64,000 nt of DNA from Gammaproteobacteria bacterium. Lineage in GTDB: Bacteria > Pseudomonadota > Gammaproteobacteria > Natronospirales > REEB76. Below, piece after piece: positions 45,258 through 57,597 of this stretch. A model generated the notes under the pieces. It saw only the letters and a list, made by a program, of their open reading frames with translations, had not been told where the DNA came from and searched no databases. The DNA is taken from positions 75,143-139,142 of the forward strand of contig JBAWFA010000015.1 in assembly GCA_049591455.1 (NCBI GenBank), written 5' to 3'. Positions within the stretch are counted from its first letter, which is position 1, and each line of letters opens with the position of its first letter. The translations under genes and the position numbers were made by a program.

Positions 45258-46361
45258 ATGGAGCTTTTCAGCACGCTCGACACCATGGGGCACGAAGAAG
45301 TTGTGTTCTTCCACCATAAAGATTCCGGCCTCAAGGCCATCGTGGCCATCCACAACACGGTACTCGGGCCGGCCCTGGGTGGCATGCGCATGTGGCCTTA
45401 CCGTAACGAGCAGGAAGCGATTACCGACGTGCTGCGTCTTTCCAAGGGCATGACGTACAAAGCCGCGGTCTCCGGACTGAATCTCGGCGGCGGCAAATCC
45501 GTGATCATCGGCGACCCCAGCCAGAAATCCGAGGCTTTATTCCGCGCCCTGGGTCGCTTTGTGCAGTCGCTCGGTGGCCGTTACATCACCGCCGAGGATG
45601 TGAACACCAACGTCCAAGACATGGATTACATTTTCCAGGAAACCGATTACGTGACTGGCGTACATCCCGTACACGGCGGCAGCGGCGATCCTTCACCGTT
45701 CACCGCGCTGGGTGTGATACAGGGCATCAAAGCCTGTCTCAACAAGAAGTACGGCCATACTGATCTCAAGAAAGCCAGCTATGCGGTGCAGGGTTTGGGT
45801 CATGTCGGTCATCATGTGGTTAAACACTTGCGTGACGCGGACGCCAAAGTATTCGTGACCGACATGCAGCAGGAACGCATAGACGCGTGCGTGGCACTGG
45901 GCGCTGAAGCGGTCAAGAATGATGACATCTACGGCGTGAATGCCAAGGTGTATGTACCGTGTGCACTCGGCGCCACCGTGAACGAGAAGACCATCCCGCA
46001 ATTCAAGTTCGAGATCGTGGCCGGCGCAGCCAACAACCAGCTGGCCACTGACGCCTGCGGCGACGAACTGCACAAGAAAGGCATCGTGTATGCGCCGGAT
46101 TACGCCATCAACGCCGGCGGTCTCATGAACGTATCCATCGAATTGCAGGGTTATGACCGCGAGCGTGCCAACCGCATGGTCAACAGCATCTACGACATCA
46201 TCGGTAATATCTTCAAGCTGGCGGAACGCGAGAAGATACCTGCATACAAGGCTGCCGACCGCCTGGCCGAAGAACGCATCGCTTCCATCGGTCGAGTGAA
46301 ACTGCCGACGGTACGCCAATCTTACGATCGCTACTTTGCAGGACGCAAGAACGGCCATTGA
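45258..46361 (+). CDS. Leucine (branched-chain amino acid) dehydrogenase
   Basis: 367 aa. RBS AAGGAGG. HEEVVFFHHKDSGLKAIVAIHNTVLGPALGGMRMWPY and GGGKSVIIGD, typical of the Leu/Val/Phe dehydrogenase family. Confidence 0.85.
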   Translation: MELFSTLDTMGHEEVVFFHHKDSGLKAIVAIHNTVLGPALGGMRMWPYRNEQEAITDVLRLSKGMTYKAAVSGLNLGGGKSVIIGDPSQKSEALFRALGRFVQSLGGRYITAEDVNTNVQDMDYIFQETDYVTGVHPVHGGSGDPSPFTALGVIQGIKACLNKKYGHTDLKKASYAVQGLGHVGHHVVKHLRDADAKVFVTDMQQERIDACVALGAEAVKNDDIYGVNAKVYVPCALGATVNEKTIPQFKFEIVAGAANNQLATDACGDELHKKGIVYAPDYAINAGGLMNVSIELQGYDRERANRMVNSIYDIIGNIFKLAEREKIPAYKAADRLAEERIASIGRVKLPTVRQSYDRYFAGRKNGH

Positions 46362-46413
46362 GTATTGATAGCCTCTCCCTCAGGGAAAGAAGCAACAAGG
46401 AAAGGAAATTATT

Positions 46414-47571
46414 TTGGTCATCAACACCGGCATAAACGAAGAACTCGATCTGTTGCGCGACACGGTACGTCGTTTCGCAGAAACGGAAATCGCGCCGCGG
46501 GCGCATGAGATTGACGAAAAGGCCGAGTTTCCTCACGATCTGTGGTGCAAGCTGGGCGAATTGGGACTGCTTGGTATTACGGTGCCGACCGAATTCGGCG
46601 GCGCCGGCTTGAATTATCTTGCTCACGTGGTCGCCATGGAAGAAATATCGCGTGCGTCTGCATCCGTGGGCTTGTCGTATGCGGCGCATTCCAACTTGTG
46701 TGTCAGCAACCTGTTTCTGAATGGCAACGAGGCGCAACGCAAAAAATATCTGCCGAAACTCTGCAGCGGTGAATGGATCGGTGCGCTCGCCATGTCCGAA
46801 CCTGGTGCCGGTTCCGACGTGGTGGGCTCCATGAGCTGCCGCGCAAAGAAACACGGCAACAAGTGGATCGCCAACGGTTCCAAGATGTGGATCACCAACG
46901 GTCCGGAGGCCCAGGTGCTGCTGGTGTACATGCGCACTGCGGGCAAAGAAGCCAACTCCAAATCCATCACCGCCTTCATCGTCGAGAAAGGAATGCAGGG
47001 CTTCAAGACTGCGCAGAAACTGGACAAATTTGGTATGCGCGGCTCCCACACCTGCGAGCTGGTGTTCGAGGATTGTGAGATACTCGAAGCCAACGTGCTC
47101 GGACAGGTGAACGAAGGCGTGTATATATTGATGCGTGGCCTGGATTCCGAGCGACTGGTGCTATCCGCGGGTCCCATCGGCATCATGCAGGCGGCGCTCG
47201 ATGTGGTGCTGCCCTATGTGCGAGAACGCAAGCAGTTCGGCAAGCCCATCGGTGAATTTGAAATCATGCAGGCGAAACTCGCTGACATGTTCGTAGCGCT
47301 GCAGACTTCGCGCGCATTCACCTACCGCACCTGCGAGCGTTTCGACCGCGGCGAGGATCCGCGCGAGGAAGCGGCCGCCTGTCTGCTGTTCGCCTCCGAG
47401 CACGCCGTCAAAGTAACACTGGAAGCCATCCAGAGTCTCGGCGGCAACGGCTACATCAATGAATACCCCACTGGCCGCCTGCTGCGGGACGCCAAGCTCT
47501 ACGACATCGGTGCTGGCACGAATGAAATCCGGCGAATGTTGATTGGGCGGGAACTGTTTAATTCAAAGTAA
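46414..47571 (+). CDS. liuA: Isovaleryl-CoA dehydrogenase
   Basis: 385 aa acyl-CoA dehydrogenase ([14 protein letters not shown]-terminal [19 protein letters not shown]). Context with the MCC/HMG-CoA lyase genes. Confidence 0.85.
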   Translation: MVINTGINEELDLLRDTVRRFAETEIAPRAHEIDEKAEFPHDLWCKLGELGLLGITVPTEFGGAGLNYLAHVVAMEEISRASASVGLSYAAHSNLCVSNLFLNGNEAQRKKYLPKLCSGEWIGALAMSEPGAGSDVVGSMSCRAKKHGNKWIANGSKMWITNGPEAQVLLVYMRTAGKEANSKSITAFIVEKGMQGFKTAQKLDKFGMRGSHTCELVFEDCEILEANVLGQVNEGVYILMRGLDSERLVLSAGPIGIMQAALDVVLPYVRERKQFGKPIGEFEIMQAKLADMFVALQTSRAFTYRTCERFDRGEDPREEAAACLLFASEHAVKVTLEAIQSLGGNGYINEYPTGRLLRDAKLYDIGAGTNEIRRMLIGRELFNSK

Positions 47572-47665
47572 GGCATGAAGAAAAAAATCGGATGATTAGA
47601 AGAGAGAGCTTGAATCTTCTTCTCGCGCCCTCATACCTTATCCGTTCTACGAGGAGTTACATCTG

Positions 47666-48850
47666 ATGCCGCAGGACCCCATTGTCATCGTCTCCGCACG
47701 CCGCACCGCCATTGGTTCCTTCCAAGGCCAGTTCGCATCGGTAAGTTCTCCACAGCTGGGCGCTGCCGCCATCAAGGCGGCCGTCGCCGACGCCAAGATC
47801 AAACCGGAAGACATCAGCGAGGTGATCATGGGCTGTGTGCTTCCGGCGGGTCTCGGCCAGGCGCCGGCACGCCAGGCATCACTGGGTGCGGGCATACCCA
47901 AATCTGTCGGCTGCACCACGGTCAACAAGGTCTGCGGCTCCGGGATGAAGGCTGTGATGATGGCCCATGATCTCATCGCCGCCGGCTCGGCGGAAATCAT
48001 GCTGGCGGGCGGTATGGAATCCATGACCAATGCGCCCTATTTAATTCCCGGCGCACGCGCCGGTTTGCGCATGGGTCATCAGCAGATTCTGGATCACATG
48101 TTCTTCGACGGCCTGCAGAATCCCTACGACGGCCAGATGATGGGGGTGTTCGGCGAGATGTGCGCCGAGAAATTCCATTTCAGCCGTGAACAGCAGGACG
48201 CCTTCGCCATCGAATCCGTGAAACGTGCGCAGCATTCCGTAAAGAACGGTATTTTCAAAACCGAGATTGCAGCGGTGACAGTGAAAGACCGCAAGGGTGA
48301 GCGCACGGTGGATACCGACGAGGAACCGGGCCGTTGCGACATCAGCAAGATTCCCACGCTCAAACCGGCATTCAAGAAGGACGGCGGCACTGTGACCGCC
48401 GCCAGCTCATCTTCGATTTCAGACGGCGCCGCTGCATTAGTACTGATGCGCGAATCGGAAGCAGGGAAGCGCGGTCTCAAGCCACTGGCGCGCATTCTGG
48501 GCCACGCTGGTTTTGCCCAGGAACCCGCCTGGTTCACCACCGCGCCCGTTGGCGCCATTGAAAAACTGCAGAAGAAACTCGGCTGGTCGGAAAGGGACGT
48601 GGAGCTGTACGAAATCAACGAAGCCTTTGCCGTGGTCGCCATGGCCGCCATGCACGAACTCAAGCTGCCCCACGAAAAGGTGAACGTGAACGGCGGCGCC
48701 TGCGCCCTCGGCCATCCCATCGGCGCGAGCGGCGCGCGCCTCATCGTCACGCTTCTCCACGCCCTCAGGGCACGTGGCCTCAAGCGCGGCATCGCCTCGC
48801 TCTGCATCGGCGGCGGCGAAGCGACGGCGATTGCGGTTGAGATGGTATAA
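47666..48850 (+). CDS. Acetyl-CoA C-acetyltransferase (thiolase II)
   Basis: 394 aa. VNKVCGSGMKAV active-site Cys, C-terminal NVNGGACALGHPIGASG and CIGGG. Confidence 0.9.
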   Translation: MPQDPIVIVSARRTAIGSFQGQFASVSSPQLGAAAIKAAVADAKIKPEDISEVIMGCVLPAGLGQAPARQASLGAGIPKSVGCTTVNKVCGSGMKAVMMAHDLIAAGSAEIMLAGGMESMTNAPYLIPGARAGLRMGHQQILDHMFFDGLQNPYDGQMMGVFGEMCAEKFHFSREQQDAFAIESVKRAQHSVKNGIFKTEIAAVTVKDRKGERTVDTDEEPGRCDISKIPTLKPAFKKDGGTVTAASSSSISDGAAALVLMRESEAGKRGLKPLARILGHAGFAQEPAWFTTAPVGAIEKLQKKLGWSERDVELYEINEAFAVVAMAAMHELKLPHEKVNVNGGACALGHPIGASGARLIVTLLHALRARGLKRGIASLCIGGGEATAIAVEMV

Positions 48851-48953
48851 GCGCAATCTAAGCCTTCCTGAAGGGTAAACCCGTTTGACGGAATTCAGGA
48901 GCCATCCGCATTTTGCAAGCCCAGGCCTCAAGTTAACAAGGGAGGATCTGCGC

Positions 48954-49457
48954 ATGTCCCCTAAGCTGTTTTTTATCGGTTGCTGCTGCTTATTGCCCAT
49001 GCTGGTTGCCTGTTCTGACGATACCTTTATCGAACACAACGAACCCGGCAACAGCATGCTGGTCATCGGCGCGCAACTTGACGCCATGAACCCCGTCGGT
49101 GACGTTTACAACAAGCGTTACATTGTAAGTGAAGTATCAGTCAAGAATCTGAGTACCGGCCAGGTTTACAGTATGGATCTGGACGCAGACCATGCGGTTG
49201 CTGAACTCCCGTCGGGTACTTATTGTTTCAATAGCATAAGTCCGGAAAACAGTTCGGCGCTTGTATATTGCGGCAAACCTTTCTTCACGCTTGCGCCTCA
49301 GAAGATCGTCGTTACCGGTTATTTCATTTTCGCAATCGATTATTCAGATAATAGCTATGCGCTGAAGAACTCGTTTATCGACAAGCAAGGCCTCTTCAAC
49401 CGGCTTTCAAAGGCGGAAATCAAGTCGCTGGAGGACTTCGACGGACAAGGGAACTAG
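48954..49457 (+). CDS. Hypothetical lipoprotein
   Basis: Start moved to MSPKLFFIGCCCLLPMLVACSDD (lipobox). No family recognised. Confidence 0.5.
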   Translation: MSPKLFFIGCCCLLPMLVACSDDTFIEHNEPGNSMLVIGAQLDAMNPVGDVYNKRYIVSEVSVKNLSTGQVYSMDLDADHAVAELPSGTYCFNSISPENSSALVYCGKPFFTLAPQKIVVTGYFIFAIDYSDNSYALKNSFIDKQGLFNRLSKAEIKSLEDFDGQGN

Positions 49458-49567
49458 CATCCTCCGGTCTTTCAAAGAAAGACCCACATGGACAAGTGGT
49501 GATAAAGAGCCTTTGATCCCTCCGGTTGTCCCCTTCCATGCTTGAGGATCGCTGGCTCACGAATTGA

Positions 49568-50827
49568 TTACCTCGGTCCGCGCGCTGCATCGGCATCCTG
49601 GAAGCGCACGCGTTCGCGGCGAAATCCATAGCCAAATATGCGCGCCGGGATATTGCGTACCACGCGGAAGCGCAATAACCAACGCAGCAGCACAGGGATC
49701 TCGGTAGATCGTCCGGATTGCGAAAGCGCTGGCGAGATCACTCGCCGCTGGATCTGCAACTGGACCGCCTGGGTCCACTTGGTCGGCCGCAGCCGACGCT
49801 GTTGCACGGCACGCAGCGGCATTTCGCCGACCGGGCCGCCTCCGAGCAAGACCGGCGTCAACGCGTTTGCCGCCGCGACTGCGTCCTGGATTGCCAGGTT
49901 GATGCCGACCCCACCCACCGGTGACATGGCGTGAGCGGCATCGCCGATCAGCAACAGCCCAGGGAGATACCAATGTTCGAGGCGATCCACGCGCACTTCC
50001 AGCGTCTTGACCTGATCCCACGACGCCAGCTTGGTGGTGCGGTCGGCAAGGAACGATGCCAACTGTGCGATCGAAGCCTGCAGCATGGCAATTGGTTGCG
50101 CACGCAGCGCGCCGTCGCCGCCTTTTGGCACCAGATAAGCGGCCTGCCAATAATCGTTACGGTTGAGCAGCACCATCATATGGCCGCCGCCGATGATGCC
50201 GAAGGTATCCTGAGGATCGCTATCCTGCCGAGACAACCGGAACCACAACACGTCCATTGGCGCGCCGTAGTCTTGTGCATGTAAACCGGCGGCAGCGCGT
50301 ATTACGGAATGGCGGCCATCACAGGCGACAACCAGATCGGCACGGACCACGAGCGCTCCGCCCAGCGTTCGCACGCGCACGCCAACTATGCGTCCAGCTT
50401 CTTCGACAAGCCCCACGGCTTCGTGATGCATGCGCAGATCAAACTGCGGATAGCGGCGTCCCTCGTCCGCTAGCAGATCAAGCAAATCCCACTGGGGCAC
50501 CAATGCCAGATACGGGTATGGCCTTAACCCGCGAAAATCCACCAGCTGCTGTTCACGCCCACTAACGATGCCGCTCAGGTGGTCAACCTTGTGTTGCGGC
50601 AGTTGCTCGAATTTCGCCAGCAGACCGATTTCGTCGAGAATCTGCAGCGTCGAAGGGTGCACGGTATCACCGCGGAAATCCCGCAGGAAGTCATCGTGCT
50701 TCTCCAGCACCATCACCGGCACACCGGCACGCGCCAGCAGCAGGCCCAGCATCATCCCGGCCGGGCCGCCACCGACGATGCAACAGCGTGTGGTAATTTC
50801 CCGAGTTTCCGATAGCTCCATGCGCAT
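49568..50827 (-). CDS. FAD-dependent monooxygenase/oxidoreductase
   Basis: 419 aa. GxGxxG CCIVGGGPAGMMLGLLLARAG, DG motif ACDGRHS, GDAAH motif. Confidence 0.8.
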   Translation of the reverse strand: MRMELSETREITTRCCIVGGGPAGMMLGLLLARAGVPVMVLEKHDDFLRDFRGDTVHPSTLQILDEIGLLAKFEQLPQHKVDHLSGIVSGREQQLVDFRGLRPYPYLALVPQWDLLDLLADEGRRYPQFDLRMHHEAVGLVEEAGRIVGVRVRTLGGALVVRADLVVACDGRHSVIRAAAGLHAQDYGAPMDVLWFRLSRQDSDPQDTFGIIGGGHMMVLLNRNDYWQAAYLVPKGGDGALRAQPIAMLQASIAQLASFLADRTTKLASWDQVKTLEVRVDRLEHWYLPGLLLIGDAAHAMSPVGGVGINLAIQDAVAAANALTPVLLGGGPVGEMPLRAVQQRRLRPTKWTQAVQLQIQRRVISPALSQSGRSTEIPVLLRWLLRFRVVRNIPARIFGYGFRRERVRFQDADAARGPR

Positions 50828-50933
50828 AGTATAAAAGCCGCGGGCAATACAATTGCCATCCCGGGAGCTAAAATACGCTATCCAGGTCTTGCCCTATCCG
50901 ACATCATTACTGCAGCTATCCAAATAACAAGGT

Positions 50934-52550
50934 TTGCTCATGCCGATTCTCAAATCCACGATTGACAAAAACAGCAAGGAATTCGCTACCAACCGCGCTC
51001 ATTTGGAAAAATTGGTGGCGGATTTGCGCGAGAAACTCGGTAACGCCGCGCTCGGCGGTGATGAAAGGGCGCGCAAAAAACACACCGACCGCGGCAAGCT
51101 GCTGCCGCGCGACCGCATCGAGGCGCTGCTGGATCGCGGTTCGCCGTTTCTGGAACTTTCGCCGCTTGCTGCATGCGGCATGTACGACGATGACGCACCC
51201 GCTGCCGGCCTCGTCACCGGCATCGGCCGCGTGCATGGACGCGAAATCATGGTGGTAGCGAACGACGCTACCGTGAAAGGCGGAACCTATTACCCGATCA
51301 CCGTCAAGAAGCATCTGCGCGCTCAGGAAATCGCGCTGGAAAACCGCCTGCCTTGCATATATCTCGTGGATTCCGGCGGCGCGTTTCTGCCGCTGCAGGA
51401 CGAGGTGTTTCCCGACAAGGAACACTTCGGCCGCATCTTCTACAACCAAGCGCGACTCTCGCGTGAGCGCATTCCGCAGATTGCAGTGGTCATGGGCTCC
51501 TGCACCGCGGGCGGCGCCTACGTGCCCGCCATGTGCGACGAAGCCATCATCGTCCGCAACCAGGGCACGATTTTCCTCGGTGGTCCGCCGCTCGTGAAGG
51601 CTGCAACCGGCGAGGTGGTGGACGCCGAGACGCTCGGTGGCGGCGAGGTGCACAGCAAGATTTCCGGCGTCACCGATCACTTGACAGACAACGACTCGCA
51701 AGCCCTGCAAATGGCGCGCGACATCGTCGCACATCTCAATTATCGCCGTCCGGAATGGCTGACGAAGCGTGAGCCGGTCGAACCGCGTTACGCGGCGGAC
51801 GAGCTGTACGGCATCGTGCCGCAGGACACGCGCTACCCCTACGATGTGCACGAAGTCATCTCGCGACTCGTGGATGGCTCGGAGTTTCAGGAATTCAAGA
51901 CGCTGTACGGCAAGACGCTGGTCACCGGCTTCGCGCATCTCTACGGCTATCCCGTTGGCATCATTGCCAACAACGGGATTCTCTTTTCCGAATCTGCGCT
52001 CAAAGGCACGCACTTCATCGAACTCTGCGAGCAGCGCCGCATCCCGCTGGTGTTTCTGCAGAACATTACCGGCTTCATGGTAGGCAAGAAATACGAACAC
52101 GGCGGCATCGCCAAGGACGGCGCCAAAATGGTCACCGCCGTCGCTTGCGCCACGGTGCCGAAATTCACCATCATCATCGGCGGCAGCTTTGGCGCCGGCA
52201 ATTACGCCATGTGCGGGCGCGCCTACGGCGCGCGTTTCCTGTGGATGTGGCCCAACGCCCGCATCTCCGTCATGGGCGGCGAGCAGGCCGCTTCGGTGCT
52301 CGCCACCGTGAAGCGCGACGGCATCGAAGCCAAGGGCGGCAAATGGAGCAAGGATGAGGAGGAAGCCTTCAAGGCGCCACTGCGTGAGCAGTACGAACGC
52401 CAGGGCCATCCTTACTATGCCAGCGCACGCCTCTGGGACGACGGCATCATTGATCCCGCCGATACCCGCCGCATTCTCGGTCTTGCGCTGGCCACCGCCG
52501 AAAACGCGCCGCTCGAAGCTGGCGGCCGCTTCGGCGTGTTCCGAATGTAA
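50934..52550 (+). CDS. liuB: Methylcrotonoyl-CoA carboxylase, carboxyltransferase (beta) subunit
   Basis: 538 aa, full-length carboxyltransferase pattern. Cluster context. Confidence 0.9.
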   Translation: MLMPILKSTIDKNSKEFATNRAHLEKLVADLREKLGNAALGGDERARKKHTDRGKLLPRDRIEALLDRGSPFLELSPLAACGMYDDDAPAAGLVTGIGRVHGREIMVVANDATVKGGTYYPITVKKHLRAQEIALENRLPCIYLVDSGGAFLPLQDEVFPDKEHFGRIFYNQARLSRERIPQIAVVMGSCTAGGAYVPAMCDEAIIVRNQGTIFLGGPPLVKAATGEVVDAETLGGGEVHSKISGVTDHLTDNDSQALQMARDIVAHLNYRRPEWLTKREPVEPRYAADELYGIVPQDTRYPYDVHEVISRLVDGSEFQEFKTLYGKTLVTGFAHLYGYPVGIIANNGILFSESALKGTHFIELCEQRRIPLVFLQNITGFMVGKKYEHGGIAKDGAKMVTAVACATVPKFTIIIGGSFGAGNYAMCGRAYGARFLWMWPNARISVMGGEQAASVLATVKRDGIEAKGGKWSKDEEEAFKAPLREQYERQGHPYYASARLWDDGIIDPADTRRILGLALATAENAPLEAGGRFGVFRM

Positions 52551-52642
52551 TTACAGTGTGTGGGAACGGCGGTCCCCGCCGCGATTTCTGAAGTTAAGAA
52601 TTGCGATCGGAACGACCGCTCCTACAACGCAAGGAATAGATC

Positions 52643-53434
52643 ATGACAGAAAGCGTGCTTCTAAACACCGATTCTCGTGGCGTCGCGACGCTGACGCTCA
52701 ACCGTCCCGAGAAGCACAACGCTTTTGACGACATCATTATTGCCGAGCTAACACATAAACTGGTCCAGCTTAACAATGACAAAAAAGTGCGCATCGTGGT
52801 GCTCACCGGCGCTGGCAAGTCGTTCTCCGCAGGCGCGGACCTGAACTGGATGCGTTCGGTGGCGAAGTTCAGCGAAGAGGAAAATATCGAGGATGCGTTG
52901 AAACTCGCGGTGTTGATGGATGTGCTGGATACGCTGCGCAAACCGACCATCGCACGGGTCAATGGCGCAGCGTATGGCGGCGGTGTGGGCCTGGTGGCCA
53001 GCTGCGACATCGCCATCGCTGCGGAAAACGCAAAATTCTGCCTGAGCGAAGTGCGGCTTGGATTGGTGCCCTCGATAATCTCACCTTACGTTATCGCTGC
53101 CATCGGCGCGCATCAGGCTCGGCGTTACTTCCTCACTGCCGATGCTATCAGCGCGCAGAAAGCTCATGAAATCGGATTGGTGCATGAGATCGTGGCCGCT
53201 GACAGGCTGGATGAAGCAGTAAACAGAGAGGTGGACTTGCTGCTCAAGGCCGGCCCCAAAGCGATTACTGCCTGCAAGGAAATCATTGCCGCCAATAGCG
53301 CCACTTCAGTTTCCACGCGCCGCGCGCTCAAACAGAAGACCGCGCAGCTGATTGCGCAGTTACGCGTATCCGAGGAAGGCCAGGAAGGGTTGAGTGCCTT
53401 CCTGGAAAAACGCGATCCCGAGTGGACTAAATGA
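52643..53434 (+). CDS. liuC: Methylglutaconyl-CoA hydratase (enoyl-CoA hydratase/crotonase family)
   Basis: 263 aa crotonase fold (GAGKSFSAGADL). Position between liuB and liuD. Confidence 0.8.
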   Translation: MTESVLLNTDSRGVATLTLNRPEKHNAFDDIIIAELTHKLVQLNNDKKVRIVVLTGAGKSFSAGADLNWMRSVAKFSEEENIEDALKLAVLMDVLDTLRKPTIARVNGAAYGGGVGLVASCDIAIAAENAKFCLSEVRLGLVPSIISPYVIAAIGAHQARRYFLTADAISAQKAHEIGLVHEIVAADRLDEAVNREVDLLLKAGPKAITACKEIIAANSATSVSTRRALKQKTAQLIAQLRVSEEGQEGLSAFLEKRDPEWTK

Positions 53435-53435
53435 T

Positions 53436-53517
53436 GTAGGTTGGGTTGAGGCATTAGCCGAAACCCAACATTTTTTGTTCCTGAACGTTGGGCATCGCTG
53501 CGCTCAACCCAACCTAC
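53436..53517. repeat. Pair of inverted type-2 REP units
   Basis: GTAGGTTGGGTTGAGGCATTAGCCGAAACCCAACAT ... CGTTGGGCATCGCTGCGCTCAACCCAACCTAC. Confidence 0.8.
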
Positions 53518-53590
53518 ATAACTTGCAGATTCGCTTCATGAGCAGGACAGATAACACGCTGGATTACCGGGAAGTGAAATAAAACCGCAC

Positions 53591-55561
53591 GTGTTCAATA
53601 AAATCCTAATCGCCAACCGTGGTGAAATCGTCTGCCGCGTGATCCGGACCTGCAAACGTCTCGGCATCGCCACGGTCGCGGTGTATTCGGATGCGGACCG
53701 CCATGCCCTGCACGTGCAGATGGCCGACGAAGCTGTGCACATCGGCCCAGCGAAATCGTCTGATTCCTATCTCAACATGGAGCGCATTCTGGCTGCGGCC
53801 AAGCAGACGGGTGCCGAAGCGATTCATCCCGGTTATGGATTTCTGTCCGAGAACAGCGGATTCGCGCGCCGCTGTCAACAGGCCGGCATCGTCTTTATCG
53901 GACCCTCTCCGGAGAGCATGGATGCCATGTCCTCGAAAAGTGCCGCGGTCACCTTGATGGAAAAGGCCGGTGTGCCGGTGACGCCTGGTTATCATGGCGA
54001 TGATCAGAGCTTGAAGAAGCTCGAAGCGGAGGCCAAGCGCGCAGGGTTCCCGCTGCTGATCAAACCATCAGCCGGTGGTGGCGGCAAAGGCATGCATATC
54101 GTGCACTCAGCCGGTGAATTCAAGGATGCGCTCGAAACCGCTAAGCGTGAAGCCAAAAATGCATTCGGCGATGGTCATGTGCTGCTGGAAAAATACATCC
54201 GGGAGCCGCGCCACATTGAATTCCAGGTATTCGGCGATAGCCACGGCAACGTGGTGCACCTGTTTGAGCGCGAATGCTCGCTGCAAAGGCGTTTCCAGAA
54301 AGTCGTGGAAGAAACACCCTCGCCATTCCTGGATGAAGCCATGCGCACGCGGATGGGTACGGCGGCAGTGGCGGCGGCCAGGGCCGTGAATTACGTGAAC
54401 GCCGGCACCATCGAATTCATCGTTAGCGCCGACAAATCCTTTCACTTCATGGAGATGAACACGCGCTTGCAGGTGGAACATCCCATCACCGAGGAAACTA
54501 CCGGCCTGGACTTGGTGGAATGGCAGTTGCGTGTGGCATCCGGTGAAAAGTTGCCGCTCACCCAGAACGAAATCCAGCAACGTGGGCACGCTATCGAAGC
54601 GCGATTGTATGCAGAAAATGCTGACAAAGACTTTCTGCCAGTGACCGGCCGCATCGAGAGATTCGAAACGCCTGCCGAGGGTTTCGTACGCGTGGACACA
54701 GGCGTACGCAGCGGTGACGAGATCGGCATCTTCTACGACCCCATGATCGCCAAGATCAGTGTGTGCGGCAAAGATCGCGCTGAAGCCGTGAACCATCTGC
54801 GCGAGGCGCTGGCACACACCGCGGTATTCGGATTGGTGACCAACCTGCCCTTGTTGCGTGGTATTGCACGGCATCCCAAGTTTGCCGCCGGCCGTTACGA
54901 TACCGGTTTCATCGAGCGCGAACTGAAAATGCTGCTCATTCGTCCAGCGCCGGCCCCGCCCGCAATTGCCGCGGCAATCGCCAGCGCTCTTGCAGACGAC
55001 AACCGGAATACCGGCCCGTGGCGCTCCGACGGCTGGCGCGTGGGGGGTACTGGCGGACGGCATTTGTTGATTCGCTCAGTGAATGGCACGGAAAGATCAA
55101 TCCGGGTCATGGGCGCTGCATCCGCTTTTAGTTTTACCTTTGGCGACACGCTCTGCGAAGTTCGGGACGCACGCACTCAGGAGAGCCACGTTGAATTCGG
55201 GCTGAACGGCCGGCCATATCGTGTTCAGGTGCGGCGGTGCGGAGACGAATTCCAGGTGGCGTTGGGCGATGAAACCTTCAATTTCACTCTCACTTCGCCA
55301 TTTGCGCCCAAATCCACTCGTCACGCCGACACGGCCACCCGCCCCGTGAGCCCCATGCCGGGTCGCGTGGTCGCGGTGCACGTCAAGCCCGGCGATAATG
55401 TACAGGTGGGTCAGACCTTGCTGGTGCTGGAAGGCATGAAGATGGAATACACCGTCAAGGCCGGCGTCGCCGGCCGTATAGAAAAGATGCTCTGCAAGGA
55501 GGGCGACATGGTGGATGCGGAAGCGCCACTCGTGGACATCAAGGCGAGCACTGACCAATGA
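53591..55561 (+). CDS. liuD: Methylcrotonoyl-CoA carboxylase, biotin carboxylase + BCCP (alpha) subunit
   Basis: 656 aa. GTG start. [16 protein letters not shown]-grasp, C-terminal biotinylation motif EGMKMEY. Confidence 0.9.
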   Translation: MFNKILIANRGEIVCRVIRTCKRLGIATVAVYSDADRHALHVQMADEAVHIGPAKSSDSYLNMERILAAAKQTGAEAIHPGYGFLSENSGFARRCQQAGIVFIGPSPESMDAMSSKSAAVTLMEKAGVPVTPGYHGDDQSLKKLEAEAKRAGFPLLIKPSAGGGGKGMHIVHSAGEFKDALETAKREAKNAFGDGHVLLEKYIREPRHIEFQVFGDSHGNVVHLFERECSLQRRFQKVVEETPSPFLDEAMRTRMGTAAVAAARAVNYVNAGTIEFIVSADKSFHFMEMNTRLQVEHPITEETTGLDLVEWQLRVASGEKLPLTQNEIQQRGHAIEARLYAENADKDFLPVTGRIERFETPAEGFVRVDTGVRSGDEIGIFYDPMIAKISVCGKDRAEAVNHLREALAHTAVFGLVTNLPLLRGIARHPKFAAGRYDTGFIERELKMLLIRPAPAPPAIAAAIASALADDNRNTGPWRSDGWRVGGTGGRHLLIRSVNGTERSIRVMGAASAFSFTFGDTLCEVRDARTQESHVEFGLNGRPYRVQVRRCGDEFQVALGDETFNFTLTSPFAPKSTRHADTATRPVSPMPGRVVAVHVKPGDNVQVGQTLLVLEGMKMEYTVKAGVAGRIEKMLCKEGDMVDAEAPLVDIKASTDQ

Positions 55562-56493
55562 TCGGACTGCCGAAATCCGTCAAGATCGTCGAAGTCGGCC
55601 CACGCGATGGTCTGCAGAACGAGAAAACTATCGTGCCGGCAGCGGTCAAGATCGAGTTCATCAACCGCCTGTCGCAGACAGGACTGAAAACCATCGAGGC
55701 CACCAGCTTTGTAAGTCCGGAATGGATTCCGCAGCTCGCGGACGCGGACGAAGTGTTCAGGGGCATCGAAAAGAGACCCGGCGTGTCCTATCCGGTGCTG
55801 GTGCCCAATGAAAAGGGTATGCAGCGGGCGCTGGACGCAGGCGTGAAGGAAGTTTCAATTTTTACAGCCGCATCTGAAACCTTCAATCAAAAGAACATTA
55901 ACTGTTCCATCACCGAATCAATCGAGCGCTTCAAGCCGGTGATGGCGCTGGCCACGAAGCACGCTGTGCGCGTGCGTGGTTACATCTCCACCGTCATTGG
56001 CTGCCCCTACGAAGGATCCATCGCGCCGGAAGCCGTGGCCCGCGTGGCAAAGCAACTCGTTGCCATCGGTTGTTATGAAATCTCGTTGGGCGATACCATT
56101 GGCGTGGGCACGCCAGTGAAGGTGCAGCGCATGGTGACGGCAGCAGCCGCCGAAGTACCGATGGAAAGACTCGCTGTGCACTTCCACGACACCTACGGCC
56201 AGGCGCTCGCCAACATCCACGCTTGTCTCGAAATGGGCGTAGCCGTTGTGGATGCCTCCACTTCCGGTCTCGGCGGCTGTCCCTACGCAAAGGGCGCCAC
56301 CGGCAACGTGGCAACTGAAGACGTGCTGTTCATGCTCACCGGGATGGGCATTGAAACCGGCGTGGACCTCGCTAAACTGCTCGCCGCCGGTGACTTCATC
56401 AGTTCCGCCGTGCAGCGCGTGCCAGCCAGTAAACTGGGGCGCGTGCCGTCAGACAGCCGGCGTGACGCCAAGACCCTGGAAGTATTCAAATGA
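55558..56493 (+). CDS. liuE: Hydroxymethylglutaryl-CoA lyase
   Basis: 311 aa. [12 protein letters not shown] motif. 4-nt overlap with liuD. Confidence 0.9.
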   Translation: MIGLPKSVKIVEVGPRDGLQNEKTIVPAAVKIEFINRLSQTGLKTIEATSFVSPEWIPQLADADEVFRGIEKRPGVSYPVLVPNEKGMQRALDAGVKEVSIFTAASETFNQKNINCSITESIERFKPVMALATKHAVRVRGYISTVIGCPYEGSIAPEAVARVAKQLVAIGCYEISLGDTIGVGTPVKVQRMVTAAAAEVPMERLAVHFHDTYGQALANIHACLEMGVAVVDASTSGLGGCPYAKGATGNVATEDVLFMLTGMGIETGVDLAKLLAAGDFISSAVQRVPASKLGRVPSDSRRDAKTLEVFK

Positions 56494-57581
56494 AAAAAAT
56501 CAGAGTTGGGATTCTCTTCGGCGGCAAATCCGCCGAGCACGAGATTTCACTGCTGTCCGCGAAAAACGTCATTGACGCGATTGATAAAACCAAATACGAA
56601 GCGGTGCTGATCGGCATCGACAAGAGCGGGCGCTGGCTCATGAATGAGCCGGCCCAATTCCTGCTTAACAGCACCGATCCAAAACTCATCGCACTCAACA
56701 AGGCCAACAGCAAAAACGTGGCGCTTCTGCCCCAAAGCAGGGGCCGGCTCATCAGCCTGGACGGTCGCTTGGACATGACGGTGGACGTGGTGTTTCCCAT
56801 CCTGCACGGTCCATTCGGCGAGGACGGCACCATCCAGGGTCTGCTGAAACTCGCCAACGTGCCGTATGTGGGCGCAGGGGTGCTTGGCTCAGCGGTGGGC
56901 ATGGACAAAGATGTGATGAAGCGGCTATTAAGGGATGTGGGTATAAAGGTGCCAAAATTCATGGTTTTCAGACACGGCGAAAAGCCTGACTTCAACAGCG
57001 TGACGCAAGCGCTCGGCCTGCCGGTATTCGTAAAACCGGCTAATCTGGGTTCGTCCGTGGGTATCAGCAAGGCCAAGGACGAGACAGTCTTCCGCAAGGT
57101 GGTACAAAACGCATTCCGCTACGACACCAAGATTCTGATTGAGGAAGCCATCCTGGGGCGTGAGATCGAATGCGCGGTATTGGGGAACGACCAGCCCATC
57201 GCCTCGGTACCGGGGGAGATCATTCCCAATCATGAATTCTACGATTACGACGCGAAATACGTGGACGAAAACGGCGCACGCCTCGAAGCACCGGCAAAAC
57301 TGTCACCGGAAAATGTAAAACGGGTGCAGGACTTGGCAGTCTGGACTTTCAAGGCACTCAACTGCGAGGGCATGGGACGCGTGGATTTCTTTCTGAAACC
57401 CGACGGCACGCTGCTGGTGAACGAGATCAACACTATCCCGGGGTTCACGAAGATCAGCATGTACCCTCGGCTATGGGCGCTGTCAGGCATCTCCTACACG
57501 GAACTTATTGAACGGCTGATCCAGTTCGCCTTTGAGCGCTTCAAGCGCGAACAAGAACTCAAGACCGTATACGAAAGTTGA
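56490..57581 (+). CDS. ddl: D-alanine--D-alanine ligase (DdlA-type, long form)
   Basis: 363 aa. [24 protein letters not shown]..., ATP-grasp, [13 protein letters not shown] overlap with liuE. Confidence 0.9.
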   Translation: MKKIRVGILFGGKSAEHEISLLSAKNVIDAIDKTKYEAVLIGIDKSGRWLMNEPAQFLLNSTDPKLIALNKANSKNVALLPQSRGRLISLDGRLDMTVDVVFPILHGPFGEDGTIQGLLKLANVPYVGAGVLGSAVGMDKDVMKRLLRDVGIKVPKFMVFRHGEKPDFNSVTQALGLPVFVKPANLGSSVGISKAKDETVFRKVVQNAFRYDTKILIEEAILGREIECAVLGNDQPIASVPGEIIPNHEFYDYDAKYVDENGARLEAPAKLSPENVKRVQDLAVWTFKALNCEGMGRVDFFLKPDGTLLVNEINTIPGFTKISMYPRLWALSGISYTELIERLIQFAFERFKREQELKTVYES

Positions 57582-57597
57582 TGATCAGGAAAACGGC

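Noticed and set aside
49466-49484. Perfect hairpin GGTCTTTC-AAA-GAAAGACC between convergent genes as an intrinsic terminator
   Set aside because: There is no U-tract on either side, so it is not reported as a terminator feature. It may still be a structural element.
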